Part shown: positions 50,807-60,962 of the stretch, in pieces
Layout: each line of letters opens with the position of its first letter
How positions within the stretch are numbered: the stretch's first letter is position 1
From: an uncultured Alphaproteobacteria bacterium
GTDB lineage: Bacteria > Pseudomonadota > Alphaproteobacteria > RF32 > CAG-239
Direction of reading: 5' to 3'
Length of the DNA stretch: 64,000 nucleotides
NCBI GenBank assembly: GCA_944393215.1
Contig: CALXZL010000001.1
Location: 11,718-75,717, forward strand
Notes under the pieces: generated by a model
The model's database searches: none
What the model was told of the DNA's origin: nothing
The model's input: only the letters and a program-made list of their open reading frames with translations
Program-made: the position numbers and the translations under genes

Positions 50807-51760
50807 ATGTTTTTTAAAAAAGCCTCACATAATCATTCTTCCGAATTAGATGATCCGCAACCGGAACAAGGCATTATCTATGTTCTCGGAGATGATGAAT
50901 TGGCATTCTTTTTAACGGCAAAAATCCAAGAGAGCGGTCAAAAAAGCATCCTTTTGACACCATCAGCGCCTTCCTTCGGCAGTAAAGAAATCAAAATCAC
51001 CTTAAAGGAAGAATATAATCTGCAAAAAAAAGATTTAAGCCTCAAAGCCGGCGCACACATAATCCTTCCGCCACAAATGATAATCATCAGCTGCCGAAGC
51101 AACAGTCTGCGCGCACATATGACACTTTTACCCAGTCTTCGTTATCCCGAACTTCCCATAATAAGCTTCAACCGCCATACAGACATGGAATCAATACACT
51201 CTTTACTCGGCATCAATTTTTATCAAGCTTATTTTAAGGGATATTTAACCCAAAACGGCTCAAACCTTACGGCATGCGGGCAACTTCCGGAAATTATAAT
51301 ATCCTCCGCCACTAAAGAAGACGAAAAACTAACCTTGCTAGCGGATAAATTAAAACAAACCGGATTAAAACTCAAAGTTGAAGAAAAAGATATTGCCAAT
51401 TTCTGGCATAACAATGCCTCCCGAATAATCGGTTATTTATTTTCATCTCCCAAACAACATATTATAGAGTTCATGAATATAAAAGAAAACAAAGAAGCTT
51501 TGATAAATGCAATTCATGAGATTTGCCGTTTGGCAAAATATGAAAAAGTCAAATTATCGGAAGAAGAAATCATGAGAGAATTGATAGACACCCCTCGTAA
51601 TTTTTATTATAAAAACAGCAACCTTTCCAAAATAGAAAATGCATCGCAACTTGAAAAGTTATACAGCATGCTGAGTGAAAAAGCCCGCGCTTATAAATGT
51701 AAAATTCCGCAGCTCAACGGCATGATAAAAGAAAATTACAAATATCTGCTGAAAAAATAA
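50807..51760 (+). CDS. hypothetical protein (weak ApbA/PanE-like Rossmann resemblance)
   Basis: AAGGAG RBS; N-terminal IYVLGDDELAFFLTAKIQESG. Confidence 0.35.
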   Translation: MFFKKASHNHSSELDDPQPEQGIIYVLGDDELAFFLTAKIQESGQKSILLTPSAPSFGSKEIKITLKEEYNLQKKDLSLKAGAHIILPPQMIIISCRSNSLRAHMTLLPSLRYPELPIISFNRHTDMESIHSLLGINFYQAYFKGYLTQNGSNLTACGQLPEIIISSATKEDEKLTLLADKLKQTGLKLKVEEKDIANFWHNNASRIIGYLFSSPKQHIIEFMNIKENKEALINAIHEICRLAKYEKVKLSEEEIMRELIDTPRNFYYKNSNLSKIENASQLEKLYSMLSEKARAYKCKIPQLNGMIKENYKYLLKK

Positions 51761-51832
51761 GAGCAAAACTTGAAGAAACGACAAAAACATTTTATAAAAA
51801 ACAAAGATAAGAAGGTATAATAAGGTGTCAAC

Positions 51833-52909
51833 ATGGGGTATGAGATAATTAAAGCAATCATAATCTTGATTACGGGTTTGGCATTAAGTTTTGTCAGCTT
51901 TTATATTTATGCCGAAAAAGCCAAGACCATAATATCATCCTCATTAAAAAAAGAGCTGGCTTTTGCGCCGCTATACGTCAGCAGCATCATATTACTGACA
52001 TTGACTTATTTCATAATTCCGACAGATAATGATTTTATTCACACTTTTTCCCCTCTGGAATTGTTTGTTCCGCTCATTTTAACCGGCATATGTTATGCCG
52101 TAAGTCTTTTCCCGCAAACCGCAAAATTTTTAGATGTGGCAATAATATTGTCCGCGAGTATTGCAAGCATATTTTTACCTACAGATTTTTTGATGTTTAA
52201 CGGATATCTGCCGCTGTGGGCAGATCGTTTGGCAATCATAATGCTATGGTCAATTTTTTCCTGCTTTTATTATGTATTAAACGGCATAGACGGCATTTTA
52301 CCGATTTTCAATTCATCATACTTTGCCATGCTGATATTATTATCCGTCTTTGACGCCGCTCCGTTACTTTATGGTATGATTGGCTTAAGCCTCTTCACGG
52401 TTAACACCGGTTTCATGGTTGTGAATTGGTTTCCGGCAAAAATAAGTTTAAGCAACAATTCCTGCAAAATATTTGGTTTTATGATAGGAAGCATAATTGT
52501 TTTTTGCAGTACGGAAAATTTAGCACCGTGTTTTGCCGTTATATTGACAATATTTGTCTTAGAGTTATTACAAAGTCTGATAAAGAAATTTTCACTAAGA
52601 GAAAGATATGCCGATTTGGAAACAAACACAATATGCTATCAGGCACATATTAAAGGGCTCACTCCGGAACAAGTATGTTTCAGCATCAGCAAAATAGAAA
52701 TCATCTTTATAATAATGGGGTGTTTTCAAGCCTATTTACCAAACGCATATTCTTTACCGATTGTATCGATTATACTCGCGGCATGGTTTTTAGAGCGCCT
52801 TAAAAACTGGAATGAGCCAAAGCAAAATCTCAAAGAAATCAACCAAGAATTTATGGATGATTTACGTCAAAACATTAACGAAATTAAAAATAAAATAAAT
52901 CGAGAATAA
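51833..52909 (+). CDS. polytopic membrane protein
   Basis: 358 aa, ~9 predicted TM helices. Confidence 0.45.
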   Translation: MGYEIIKAIIILITGLALSFVSFYIYAEKAKTIISSSLKKELAFAPLYVSSIILLTLTYFIIPTDNDFIHTFSPLELFVPLILTGICYAVSLFPQTAKFLDVAIILSASIASIFLPTDFLMFNGYLPLWADRLAIIMLWSIFSCFYYVLNGIDGILPIFNSSYFAMLILLSVFDAAPLLYGMIGLSLFTVNTGFMVVNWFPAKISLSNNSCKIFGFMIGSIIVFCSTENLAPCFAVILTIFVLELLQSLIKKFSLRERYADLETNTICYQAHIKGLTPEQVCFSISKIEIIFIIMGCFQAYLPNAYSLPIVSIILAAWFLERLKNWNEPKQNLKEINQEFMDDLRQNINEIKNKINRE

Positions 52910-52911
52910 AC

Positions 52912-54282
52912 ATGCAACTGTTAACAAAAATCAAGCAACTGTTTTTCTCATCCGGTCAGAAGGAAGAACCGGAATTTATTTTTGATATAAAGGATTTAAT
53001 AAATTTCAAAGTCGTTGTTGTTGAATTTTCCGATAACGTAGAAAGTCGCAGCGGAGAAATAATTGCTAAAAAGCTAAAAACGCAAGAAGGCTTAGAAGTT
53101 TCATATTTTGATGATCCTTTTCCCAAAAGCTTTCTGAATTTAGACAGTCGAACCTTATTTGATATGATAGATCAAGGTCTAAGCATAATAGATAAAACAA
53201 AAGCCGATGTCTTAATCTGGGGCTATCGGGAAGGAGACAAAATACGCATTAATTTTCAAAATGCCAAACAATATGAAAAAGAGGACAACGCGTTTATATC
53301 TTTAATGGATTGTTTTTATATTCCGGCGGATATCAATACATCGGAAGAAAACTTTCCGACGGCATTAAGCAATCTAATCTACGGAGGCGTTATCAGTGCC
53401 ATCAATCCGCACAATAAAGAGACACAGATTCAAAAGAAATTTCTTTTAAAGAAAATCATAAACAGCTTATCCAAAGATAATACGGCAAAATCATTATCAA
53501 TAGAATATATGCCCTATATTATGAATCTGCTAGGCATCATATATTTAAGCTATGCCTATGACCGCGGCGATGGAAAAGACTACAAGATTGTCAAAAATTT
53601 ATTTGATACGGCATTAAATCATCAAGATTTAATCAAGAACCCAATTCATCTGGGTTGCATATATAATCATCTCGGGCAACTTTACGATGCCTCAAGCGAA
53701 TATTCCCCCAAACGCCCGATAAATCATTTGCGCAACGCCATCAGTTATTTTCGCCAAGCCCAAAAATATCTAAGCAAATACAATTACCCCTATGATTATG
53801 GCTATATATCTTATCGTTTATCACAGCTTTTTTATACTTATTGGAAACAAAAGGAAGATATTCAAGCCTTAAGAGATGCCGTTTTTCAACTTCGAGAAGC
53901 CGAAAAAATATATACTTACGCTCTTTTTCCCGAATTTTGGGCAAACATACAAGGAGAATTGGCGCATATGCTTTCTCTACTCGGTAGTTTCAGCAACAGT
54001 GAAGAAATTTCGGAATTAGCCATTGCCTGCTATAAAAACCGCCAAAAAGTTATAACTGAAAAAAGAGATCCTTTAGAATGGGCACATATCCAGGCACATA
54101 TAGGAGAAATTTACTATCGTTTAGGCAAAAACAGCGAAGATAAATCTTTACTTGAAGAAGCCTTAGAATATTTTCACGATTCGTTATACATATATGAAAA
54201 CATGAACCTTGGAGATGAAGCCAAAAAAATCTCAACCGAAATCGCCAAAGCCAGCCATAGTCTGAATTTCTTGCAAGGATAA
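52912..54282 (+). CDS. hypothetical protein (TPR-like helical repeats)
   Basis: 456 aa; C-terminal half has repeated YxxALxxxxxA-type helical pairs. Confidence 0.4.
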   Translation: MQLLTKIKQLFFSSGQKEEPEFIFDIKDLINFKVVVVEFSDNVESRSGEIIAKKLKTQEGLEVSYFDDPFPKSFLNLDSRTLFDMIDQGLSIIDKTKADVLIWGYREGDKIRINFQNAKQYEKEDNAFISLMDCFYIPADINTSEENFPTALSNLIYGGVISAINPHNKETQIQKKFLLKKIINSLSKDNTAKSLSIEYMPYIMNLLGIIYLSYAYDRGDGKDYKIVKNLFDTALNHQDLIKNPIHLGCIYNHLGQLYDASSEYSPKRPINHLRNAISYFRQAQKYLSKYNYPYDYGYISYRLSQLFYTYWKQKEDIQALRDAVFQLREAEKIYTYALFPEFWANIQGELAHMLSLLGSFSNSEEISELAIACYKNRQKVITEKRDPLEWAHIQAHIGEIYYRLGKNSEDKSLLEEALEYFHDSLYIYENMNLGDEAKKISTEIAKASHSLNFLQG

Positions 54283-54286
54283 AATT

Positions 54287-54745
54287 ATGGATTCTCAGCT
54301 GATTATGGAGAGCAAATTGGGAAGAATATTGCTGGAAGCCAAAGAAAATAAGCTGACTGGATGTCATTTTACCAAAGAAAAAGCAACTTCTAAACAAGCA
54401 GATTTATTTTTATTCAAAGTAAAAGAAGAGCTTGAAGAATATTTTTCGGGACAAAGAAAAGAATTTGATATTCCGCTGGCACCTCAGGGAACCGATTTTC
54501 AAAAAAAAGTATGGAAGGCTTTACAAAACATAAATTACGGAACAACGGCAAGTTATAAAGAAATAGCGCAAAAAATCAATAATCCCAAAGCAGTCCGTGC
54601 TGTTGGTATGGCAAACAACCAAAACCCCATAGCCATAATCATTCCTTGCCACAGAGTCATCGGAAGTAACGGTAAATTAGTCGGCTATGCCGGAGGTCTG
54701 GAATTAAAACAAAAACTTTTAGAGCTGGAAAAAAATAATCAATAA
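54287..54745 (+). CDS. ogt: methylated-DNA--protein-cysteine methyltransferase
   Basis: Active-site IPCHRVIGSNG and DNA-binding helix TASYKEIAQKI. Confidence 0.85.
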   Translation: MDSQLIMESKLGRILLEAKENKLTGCHFTKEKATSKQADLFLFKVKEELEEYFSGQRKEFDIPLAPQGTDFQKKVWKALQNINYGTTASYKEIAQKINNPKAVRAVGMANNQNPIAIIIPCHRVIGSNGKLVGYAGGLELKQKLLELEKNNQ

Positions 54746-54755
54746 GAGAAAGACA

Positions 54756-55098
54756 ATGAGACAATTTTATCCAATAATTCTTTTAACAATATCAAACATA
54801 TTCATGACATTTGCCTGGTACGGACATTTAAAATTCAAATCGACCGCTCTGTGGATAGTCATATTGGCAAGCTGGGGAATTGCTTTTTTTGAATATATAT
54901 TTCAAGTCCCCGCCAATCGCATAGGGCACGAATTTTTTTAGCGCGGCGCAATTAAAAATCTTGCAGGAAGCCATCACCATCACAATCTTTTGCATATTTT
55001 CCATACTGTATTTAAAAGAAGATTTAAAATGGAATTACCTGGTTGGCTTTGCCTTAATTTTATTGGCAGTATTTTTTGTATTTAAGAAATGGGATTAA
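54756..55098 (+). pseudogene. DMT-superfamily DUF486 membrane protein interrupted by a +1 frameshift at a T7 homopolymer
   Basis: N-terminal part MRQFYPIILLTISNIFMTFAWYGHLKF…QVPANRIGHEFF stops at a TAG immediately after TTTTTTT (54933..54939); in the +1 frame the sequence continues as SAAQLKILQEAITITIFCIFSILYLKEDLKWNYLVGFALILLAVFFVFKKWD, the expected second half of a ~114-aa DUF486 protein. Confidence 0.55.
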
Positions 55099-55102
55099 AA
55101 AG

Positions 55103-56056
55103 ATGCTAAAAAACAGAAGTCTGTCCGAAAAATTTTTTAAGACATTAAACGAAGAAAAATATAAAGAAATCAAGAATATTGTTAACAATGATGATGATCT
55201 GATAATGTGCCTTCGCGGAAATTATGTCACCATATATTATAAAAGCATGCGCATATTAGAAATATCTCAACAAGGAAAATTTAACATTGATAAACATTAT
55301 GGCATTTCCGTCCCTTGCGATAATACCGATTGGGTAGAATATTTTAAAAATGCCAAATATGCGATAGATATATACGGCAAAGAAAAAAACATCAGCAAAT
55401 TTGAAAAGGAAGTCCAACAAGCCATAGTAAAAGAAAATAATATCGGAACCATATGCAATGAAACCGATTATTTTATAATAGACATAGAATACACCCAACC
55501 CCATTTTAACGGAAGATTTGATGCCTTAGCCGTACACTGGCCTAAGAACAAACGCAAAAACGGCAACAACCTGCAATTAGCCTTTATTGAAATAAAAGCC
55601 GGAAGCAATGCGGTTCGCGGCAATTCCGGTGTTTCAAAACATTACAATTCGGTCATAGAATTTTTAAAAAATTTAAATCAAGGAGATAATAAAGAAAAAT
55701 TTATTCAAGACTTGGAACAAATGATACAACAGCAACGAGATTTAGGTTTGTGGAATATTCCGCATAATCAAAACAAAATAACGCTTTCTCGAACAATCAA
55801 ACCGCAATTAATTTTCGTTCTTGCAGATTATAATCCCAAATCAAAATCTCTTGTGGAAGAATTTGAAGAAATTTCCGCAACAAATAATAATGACCTCCCG
55901 TTTGAATTAACATTTGCCACGTCATCTTTTGTCGGATACGGATTATATGATGATTGTATGTTAACCATAGATGAAGTCAAAGAAAAACTATCAGGAAATA
56001 AAAATGAAGGCATGCATCAGAAGAGGCTCGAATCAAATCGGAGGATCAGCGGTTGA
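55103..56056 (+). CDS. hypothetical protein (possible PD-(D/E)xK-like motif)
   Basis: 318 aa; FDALAVHW…LAFIEIKAG resembles a D…E.K core; overlaps the next gene by ~50 nt. Confidence 0.4.
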   Translation: MLKNRSLSEKFFKTLNEEKYKEIKNIVNNDDDLIMCLRGNYVTIYYKSMRILEISQQGKFNIDKHYGISVPCDNTDWVEYFKNAKYAIDIYGKEKNISKFEKEVQQAIVKENNIGTICNETDYFIIDIEYTQPHFNGRFDALAVHWPKNKRKNGNNLQLAFIEIKAGSNAVRGNSGVSKHYNSVIEFLKNLNQGDNKEKFIQDLEQMIQQQRDLGLWNIPHNQNKITLSRTIKPQLIFVLADYNPKSKSLVEEFEEISATNNNDLPFELTFATSSFVGYGLYDDCMLTIDEVKEKLSGNKNEGMHQKRLESNRRISG

Positions 56057-57200
56057 GATTATAGCAGATAATCAACAAAGATTGATTATAGATATAGGCT
56101 TACCTCTTGATGCTGAGGAAAATACGGCAGATTTATTACCTCAAATAAAAGGATTAAAAGAGAAATCCTCGGATTTATTGGGAATTTTGATTTCACATGC
56201 GCATCAAGATCATTACGCCTTAGGATTACATATAGATAAACATATCCCTGTTTATATGGGAAGAATCTCAGCCAAAATACTGGAAGTTTCCGCTCAACAT
56301 AATCTTCCGCAAGCATTTTGTTTTAAAAATATAATGACATTTAACAATCAACAAAGTTTCCAAGTCGGAGCTTTCAAAATCACCCCTTATTTAACTGACC
56401 ACTCTGCATATGATTCTTATTCTTTTTTGATAGAAGCGGACGGCAAACGATTATTCTACAGCGGAGACTTTCGAGCCCACGGCAGAAAATCCAAACTATT
56501 TGAAAGTTTAATAAAAAATCCGCCGCAAGATATTGATATTCTTCTGCTGGAAGGTTCATGTTTAGGACGAAAACAATCAGGAAAATATGAAACAGAAACA
56601 GCACTTGAAGCAAAATTTTTAAATACCTTAAAGTGTAGCAAAGGTCTTTGCTTGGTTCAAACCTCATCTCAAAATATAGATAGAATTGTCACAATCTATC
56701 GCGCCTGCAAAAAAAGCAATAGAAGCTTGGTAATATCCGGTTATACGGGACATATTTTACAATGTTTAGGAAATTCGAAAATACCCAATTTTACCTGGTC
56801 AGATGTCAAAAAATTATCCGTAAAGGCAGCCAAAAAACACGAAATCACCATAAAGACAATAGAAAAAGAACCGGAAAAATATACCATATTATTATGCGGA
56901 TATATTTTCAAAATGCTAAAAGAAAGTCCAATCTTAAATCCTAAAACAACGTTCATCTATTCCATGTGGGAAGGTTATAAAGAAGAGTATCAAGAAAAGT
57001 TAAACTTAATGAAAGATAAAGGGATAAAGATGATAGATATTCACACCTCGGGACATGCCGATATTCCGAGTTTGAAAAGATTTGCCTCGGCACTAAATCC
57101 TAAACATTTAGTTCCGATACATACTTTCTATCCGCAAGAATTTAAAGAATTATTTGATAATGTTGTCATTTACAAAGACAATCAAATTTTTGCAATTTAA
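56004..57200 (+). CDS. MBL-fold metallo-hydrolase (beta-CASP / RNase J-like)
   Basis: HxHxDH motif ISHAHQDHY, later …SGDFR…, C-terminal HTSGHAD. Confidence 0.7.
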   Translation: MKACIRRGSNQIGGSAVEIIADNQQRLIIDIGLPLDAEENTADLLPQIKGLKEKSSDLLGILISHAHQDHYALGLHIDKHIPVYMGRISAKILEVSAQHNLPQAFCFKNIMTFNNQQSFQVGAFKITPYLTDHSAYDSYSFLIEADGKRLFYSGDFRAHGRKSKLFESLIKNPPQDIDILLLEGSCLGRKQSGKYETETALEAKFLNTLKCSKGLCLVQTSSQNIDRIVTIYRACKKSNRSLVISGYTGHILQCLGNSKIPNFTWSDVKKLSVKAAKKHEITIKTIEKEPEKYTILLCGYIFKMLKESPILNPKTTFIYSMWEGYKEEYQEKLNLMKDKGIKMIDIHTSGHADIPSLKRFASALNPKHLVPIHTFYPQEFKELFDNVVIYKDNQIFAI

Positions 57201-57250
57201 ACCCTGGGCACTCAAGGATACCTAGGCTTCAAATCCTACTCTTCTCAACA

Positions 57251-57279
57251 AAAAAAGCCCGCTTTGCAGGCTTTTCTTA
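57251..57279. terminator. weak bidirectional hairpin between the MBL gene and tRNA-Ser
   Basis: AAAAAAGCCcgctttgcaGGCTTTTCTT. Confidence 0.35.
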
Positions 57280-57371
57280 TGGCGGAGAGATAGGGATTCG
57301 AACCCTAGGTACCCGTTACCGAGCACAATTGATTTCGAGTCAACCGCATTCGACCACTCTGCCATCTCTCC
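57280..57371 (-). tRNA. tRNA-Ser (anticodon CGA)
   Basis: GGAGAGATGGCAGAGTGGTCGAATGCGGTTGACTCGAAATCAA… long variable arm …CTCTCCGCCA; 92 nt. Confidence 0.85.
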
Positions 57372-57444
57372 GTTATTTCTGATACTAATAAATTTTATTA
57401 TCCTTTTTGGCAAGAACTATTTTAAACTTCCGCAATAAATCTGA

Positions 57445-58026
57445 CTATTCGCGACCATCATCTTCCAAACCGCATCGACGCAATCTCTCAATTTGAGCAG
57501 CTTTTTTCTTTTCATCAATACCCTCCTCTTCACTATGAACAATATTTTGACTGACTGGCTGCCAATTTTTTTCCTCTCGCAACATTTGCTTTGCTTCCGA
57601 AAATGTTTGTTTAAACGGATGCATTTTTTCTCGTTGAGAATCTCGACCTTCTTCAATATGCTCATCAGATATGCCTCTGACCACTTCAGATACATGCAGG
57701 GGCATAATCAAAATCCCCACCACATGATTAATCAGTTGCTCTTCAAAATTAAAGCGCCGATTCAAACGAATACGCACTTCTTCTTTGTTATCATATCCAA
57801 AAATTTTTGACGGAAGCAATGCAACCAAATCATCACAACGCTCAAAGACTAAAATTCCGCGGACCAAACACAATACAGATTCCCCCGTATCATGACATAC
57901 AAATTCAATAACATCGTTAAGCTTAATTTTCTGATGCTCGGCATCAAACAACCTAACCTCAACACGTTTTGTTCCGTTAACAATTTTATCAAAAGAAAAA
58001 CGCATCAGACACATTGTGTGTTTCAT
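57445..58026 (-). CDS. ASCH-domain protein with acidic C-terminal tail
   Basis: N-terminal MRFSFDKIVNGTKRVEVRLFD…IKLNDVIEF resembles the ASCH/PUA-like fold; 193 aa. Confidence 0.45.
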   Translation of the reverse strand: MKHTMCLMRFSFDKIVNGTKRVEVRLFDAEHQKIKLNDVIEFVCHDTGESVLCLVRGILVFERCDDLVALLPSKIFGYDNKEEVRIRLNRRFNFEEQLINHVVGILIMPLHVSEVVRGISDEHIEEGRDSQREKMHPFKQTFSEAKQMLREEKNWQPVSQNIVHSEEEGIDEKKKAAQIERLRRCGLEDDGRE

Positions 58027-58150
58027 ATTTATCGCTCCTAAAATCTATAAACTAAGAATAAACCGGAAAAAAACAACTTTCAAACAATTAGTGAGTCGAC
58101 AATTAAAAAATATAATGTTATATGTAAATACATATAAGAAAGAGAAATAT

Positions 58151-58672
58151 ATGAAAAAATTTTGGGCAATATTTGTTTTAGGAAGCATCCTATTCACATC
58201 AACACCGGGACGAGCAGACCTTGTACTCGGTGCTGATGTATATAAAGCATTTATTGATACCAGCCAAGAATTTGATAGTTACTCCGAAGACAATTATGAT
58301 ATGATTGCCGCTGTTTTGGGGTTTGACTTTAAAGGAGTAGGCATTGAAGGTTTTTATCAAATGTCTCAAGATATGACAAACAACAATGATCGAGATTCAA
58401 AGCTAACCTCCTATGGTGTTGATTTTGTTTTAAGACTTCCGACATCAGACTATTTAGATTTTGTCAGCTCTCTTGGATACATAAAATACAAACTTGAAAC
58501 AGATTTAAGAGATTTAGAAAGTGACGGTCTAAGAATTGGATTTGGTTTTCAGTTTAATTTCAACAAATATATAGCCTTGCGCACTATGTACCACTATTCA
58601 GCCCTAACCAAAGAAATTGATCACCTAAAAAGCATCAATGAAATAAGCGCCGGAATAAGAATCAAATTTTAG
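58151..58672 (+). CDS. outer-membrane beta-barrel protein (OmpW/opacity-like)
   Basis: Signal peptide MKKFWAIFVLGSILFTSTPGRA|DL, alternating amphipathic beta-strands, C-terminal …GIRIKF; the ORF-track start at 58016 is a spurious extension. Confidence 0.6.
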   Translation: MKKFWAIFVLGSILFTSTPGRADLVLGADVYKAFIDTSQEFDSYSEDNYDMIAAVLGFDFKGVGIEGFYQMSQDMTNNNDRDSKLTSYGVDFVLRLPTSDYLDFVSSLGYIKYKLETDLRDLESDGLRIGFGFQFNFNKYIALRTMYHYSALTKEIDHLKSINEISAGIRIKF

Positions 58673-58681
58673 TCAAAAAAA

Positions 58682-59075
58682 GCAAATAATCCTTACAAAT
58701 CAAGTGACCGCAGCGCGGTTAGTGAGCTAAAGCGAACTTACAAGCCAGACAGGGATTTCAATCCCTTCGCCCGGATACAAAAAAACCTCCGCAACGGGAG
58801 GTTAAGAATTGGAGCGGGCTGAAGGAGAAAATAATCTCCGGTGGAGATTATTTTAACGACAGGCGAAGATTTGTTAGCTTTGAGGCAAGCGACAGCGCCG
58901 ACGATAAAGCCTTACAAATCAAGTGACCGCAGCGCGGTTAGTGAGCTAAAGCGAACTTACAAGCCAGACAGGGATTTCAATCCCTTCACCCGGATACAAA
59001 AAAACCTCCGCAACGGGAGGTTAAGAATTGGAGCGGGTGAAGGGATTCGAACCCTCGACATCAACCTTGGCAAAA
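58682..59075. repeat. tandem repeat region ending in an orphan tRNA-Gly(GCC) 3' fragment; contains copy 2 of the ~140-bp conserved element
   Basis: Partial element 58682..58739; degenerate tRNA 3' end TGGAGCGGGCTGAAGG 58809..58824; full element 58843..58976 with hairpin ATAATCTCCggtGGAGATTAT 58848..58868; tRNA-Gly(GCC) 3' fragment TGGAGCGGGTGAAGGGATTCGAACCCTCGACATCAACCTTGGCAA 59029..59073 (T-arm, acceptor 3' strand and anticodon loop only). Confidence 0.7.
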
Positions 59076-59296
59076 TTTTTAGATTCTCCCTATCCCCTGA
59101 AAATCTGCCATACAGAAGACTCATTAGGTATAAGACCTTGCTATTTTATACACAGAGAAGACATCATCACATCAAACACATACTTCTCTCTAAGATGTCA
59201 AAATCAATGATTTCAAACATCAAAAATGATGAATAAAAATATTGACATTTCCAATTATACCTTAGTTATTTTGTGTAAACACACACTAAATTAGGT

Positions 59297-59375
59297 CATA
59301 AAATGTGAATAGAACCACTTTTTTCCCTCATAAAATGTGATTGGAAACAAAAATTTCCTTTACAAAATGTGATTG
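59297..59375 (+). promoter_or_regulatory. three direct repeats (cA(t/c)AAAATGTGAtT) at exact 32-bp spacing upstream of the AAA+ ATPase gene
   Basis: AAAATGTGA cores begin at 59300, 59332 and 59364; the last ends 39 nt before the ATG at 59414. Confidence 0.5.
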
Positions 59376-59413
59376 CAAGCATATGTTAATATCAAATATG
59401 AAAGGATGACACA

Positions 59414-60724
59414 ATGAAAAGACTTGCTTTTGAACAATTATTAGAATGGAAGAACAAACAAAACAGAAAACCTTTAATTGTCCAAGGAGCAAGACAGGTT
59501 GGCAAAACTTGGTTAATGAAAGAATTTGGAAGACAACATTATTCCAAAGTTGCATACATCAGCTTTGATGCCAACAAAACAGCTAATGATATTTTTGAAG
59601 CTGATTATAATATTTCAAATATCATACAAGCATTAAATATTTTATCAGGAGTTGATATTACTCCTCAGGATACCTTAATTATATTTGATGAAATCCAAGA
59701 GTCAGAAAGAGCTTTGAATTCCTTAAAATTCTTCAAAGAAAATGCTCCTGAATATCACATTATGGCAGCAGGAAGTTTATTAGGTGTGGCTGTTAAACAA
59801 AAAAATATGTCTTTTCCTGTTGGGCAAGTGGAATTTCTAAATCTTTATCCTTTAAGTTTTATAGAATTTCTATCTGCTATTGGAGAAGATAAACTTTGTA
59901 ACATTATATGTGAAAGGAACATACTACTCAGTAAAGCATTTAAAGATACATTCATATCTTTATTAAAATTATATATGTTTATTGGAGGAATGCCTGAAGT
60001 TGTATATAGTTATACTCAAAACAAAAATCTTGATATTGTCAGAGAAATACAAAATCAAATACTTTTAGGCTATCAAAATGATTTTTCCAAATACACTGAA
60101 AGTTTTAATGTTGCCAGAATCAATGCTGTTTGGCATTCTCTACCCTCCCAATTAGCAAAAGAAAATAAAAAATTTGCTTATAATCAAATAGCCCCAAGTG
60201 CAAGAGCAAGGGAATATGAAATGGCAATTGAATGGCTAATTCTTTGTGGTTTGGTATATAAAATAAATAGAATTTCTAAACCTGATGTGCCTTTGTCTGC
60301 TTATGCAGATTCTTCAGCATTTAAACTTTATATGATAGATACTGGATTATTAGGAGCTCTATCTTCTTTAGATGCCAAAGCAATTATTGAGGGTAATAAA
60401 ATTTTTGAAGAGTTCAAGGGGGCTTTAACAGAACAATTTGTATTACAAGAACTTATTTTGCAAAAAAACTTACCCATTGCTTATTGGAGCTCAGAAAGTA
60501 GTCAGAATGAAATAGATTTTGTAATTCAATATAATAATCAAATCATTCCTATTGAAGTAAAATCATCTATAAATTTAAAAGCAAAAAGTTTAAGTGCATA
60601 CAGAGAAAAATATAAACAAGAAATAGCTATTAGGACATCCTTAGCTGACTTTGAAATTAATCAAGGTCTGCATAATATCCCCTTATATTTGGTAGATAAT
60701 CTTCTAAATTTTATTGAAGAGTAA
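59414..60724 (+). CDS. AAA+ ATPase, DUF4143 family
   Basis: Walker A GARQVGKT, Walker B IIFDEIQ, 436 aa with the family-typical C-terminal DUF4143 region. Confidence 0.65.
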   Translation: MKRLAFEQLLEWKNKQNRKPLIVQGARQVGKTWLMKEFGRQHYSKVAYISFDANKTANDIFEADYNISNIIQALNILSGVDITPQDTLIIFDEIQESERALNSLKFFKENAPEYHIMAAGSLLGVAVKQKNMSFPVGQVEFLNLYPLSFIEFLSAIGEDKLCNIICERNILLSKAFKDTFISLLKLYMFIGGMPEVVYSYTQNKNLDIVREIQNQILLGYQNDFSKYTESFNVARINAVWHSLPSQLAKENKKFAYNQIAPSARAREYEMAIEWLILCGLVYKINRISKPDVPLSAYADSSAFKLYMIDTGLLGALSSLDAKAIIEGNKIFEEFKGALTEQFVLQELILQKNLPIAYWSSESSQNEIDFVIQYNNQIIPIEVKSSINLKAKSLSAYREKYKQEIAIRTSLADFEINQGLHNIPLYLVDNLLNFIEE

Positions 60725-60962
60725 AACTATATATTTTTAGATAAGGTGGAAAGGTATAAAAACCAACTCCACCTCACCTAATATACGGCTTCTATACATC
60801 CATAAAAAATGTATCATACAAAAAATCTAAAGGGAGCCCTCTTTTTTTATTTTCTTGAAAAAAATTTATTAAAACTAGGCTTTTTGATAAATATATGTGA
60901 ATGAGTTTCAATAAGTATATAATAATCCATTAATATCTCCAACATTGATAGGATGTTGGAGT

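Noticed and set aside
54942-55080. Frame-0 continuation after the DUF486 stop (…GSHHHHNLLHIF…)
   Set aside because: The +1 frame gives a hydrophobic, family-consistent C-terminal half ending at the expected length; the His-run reading is an out-of-frame artefact.
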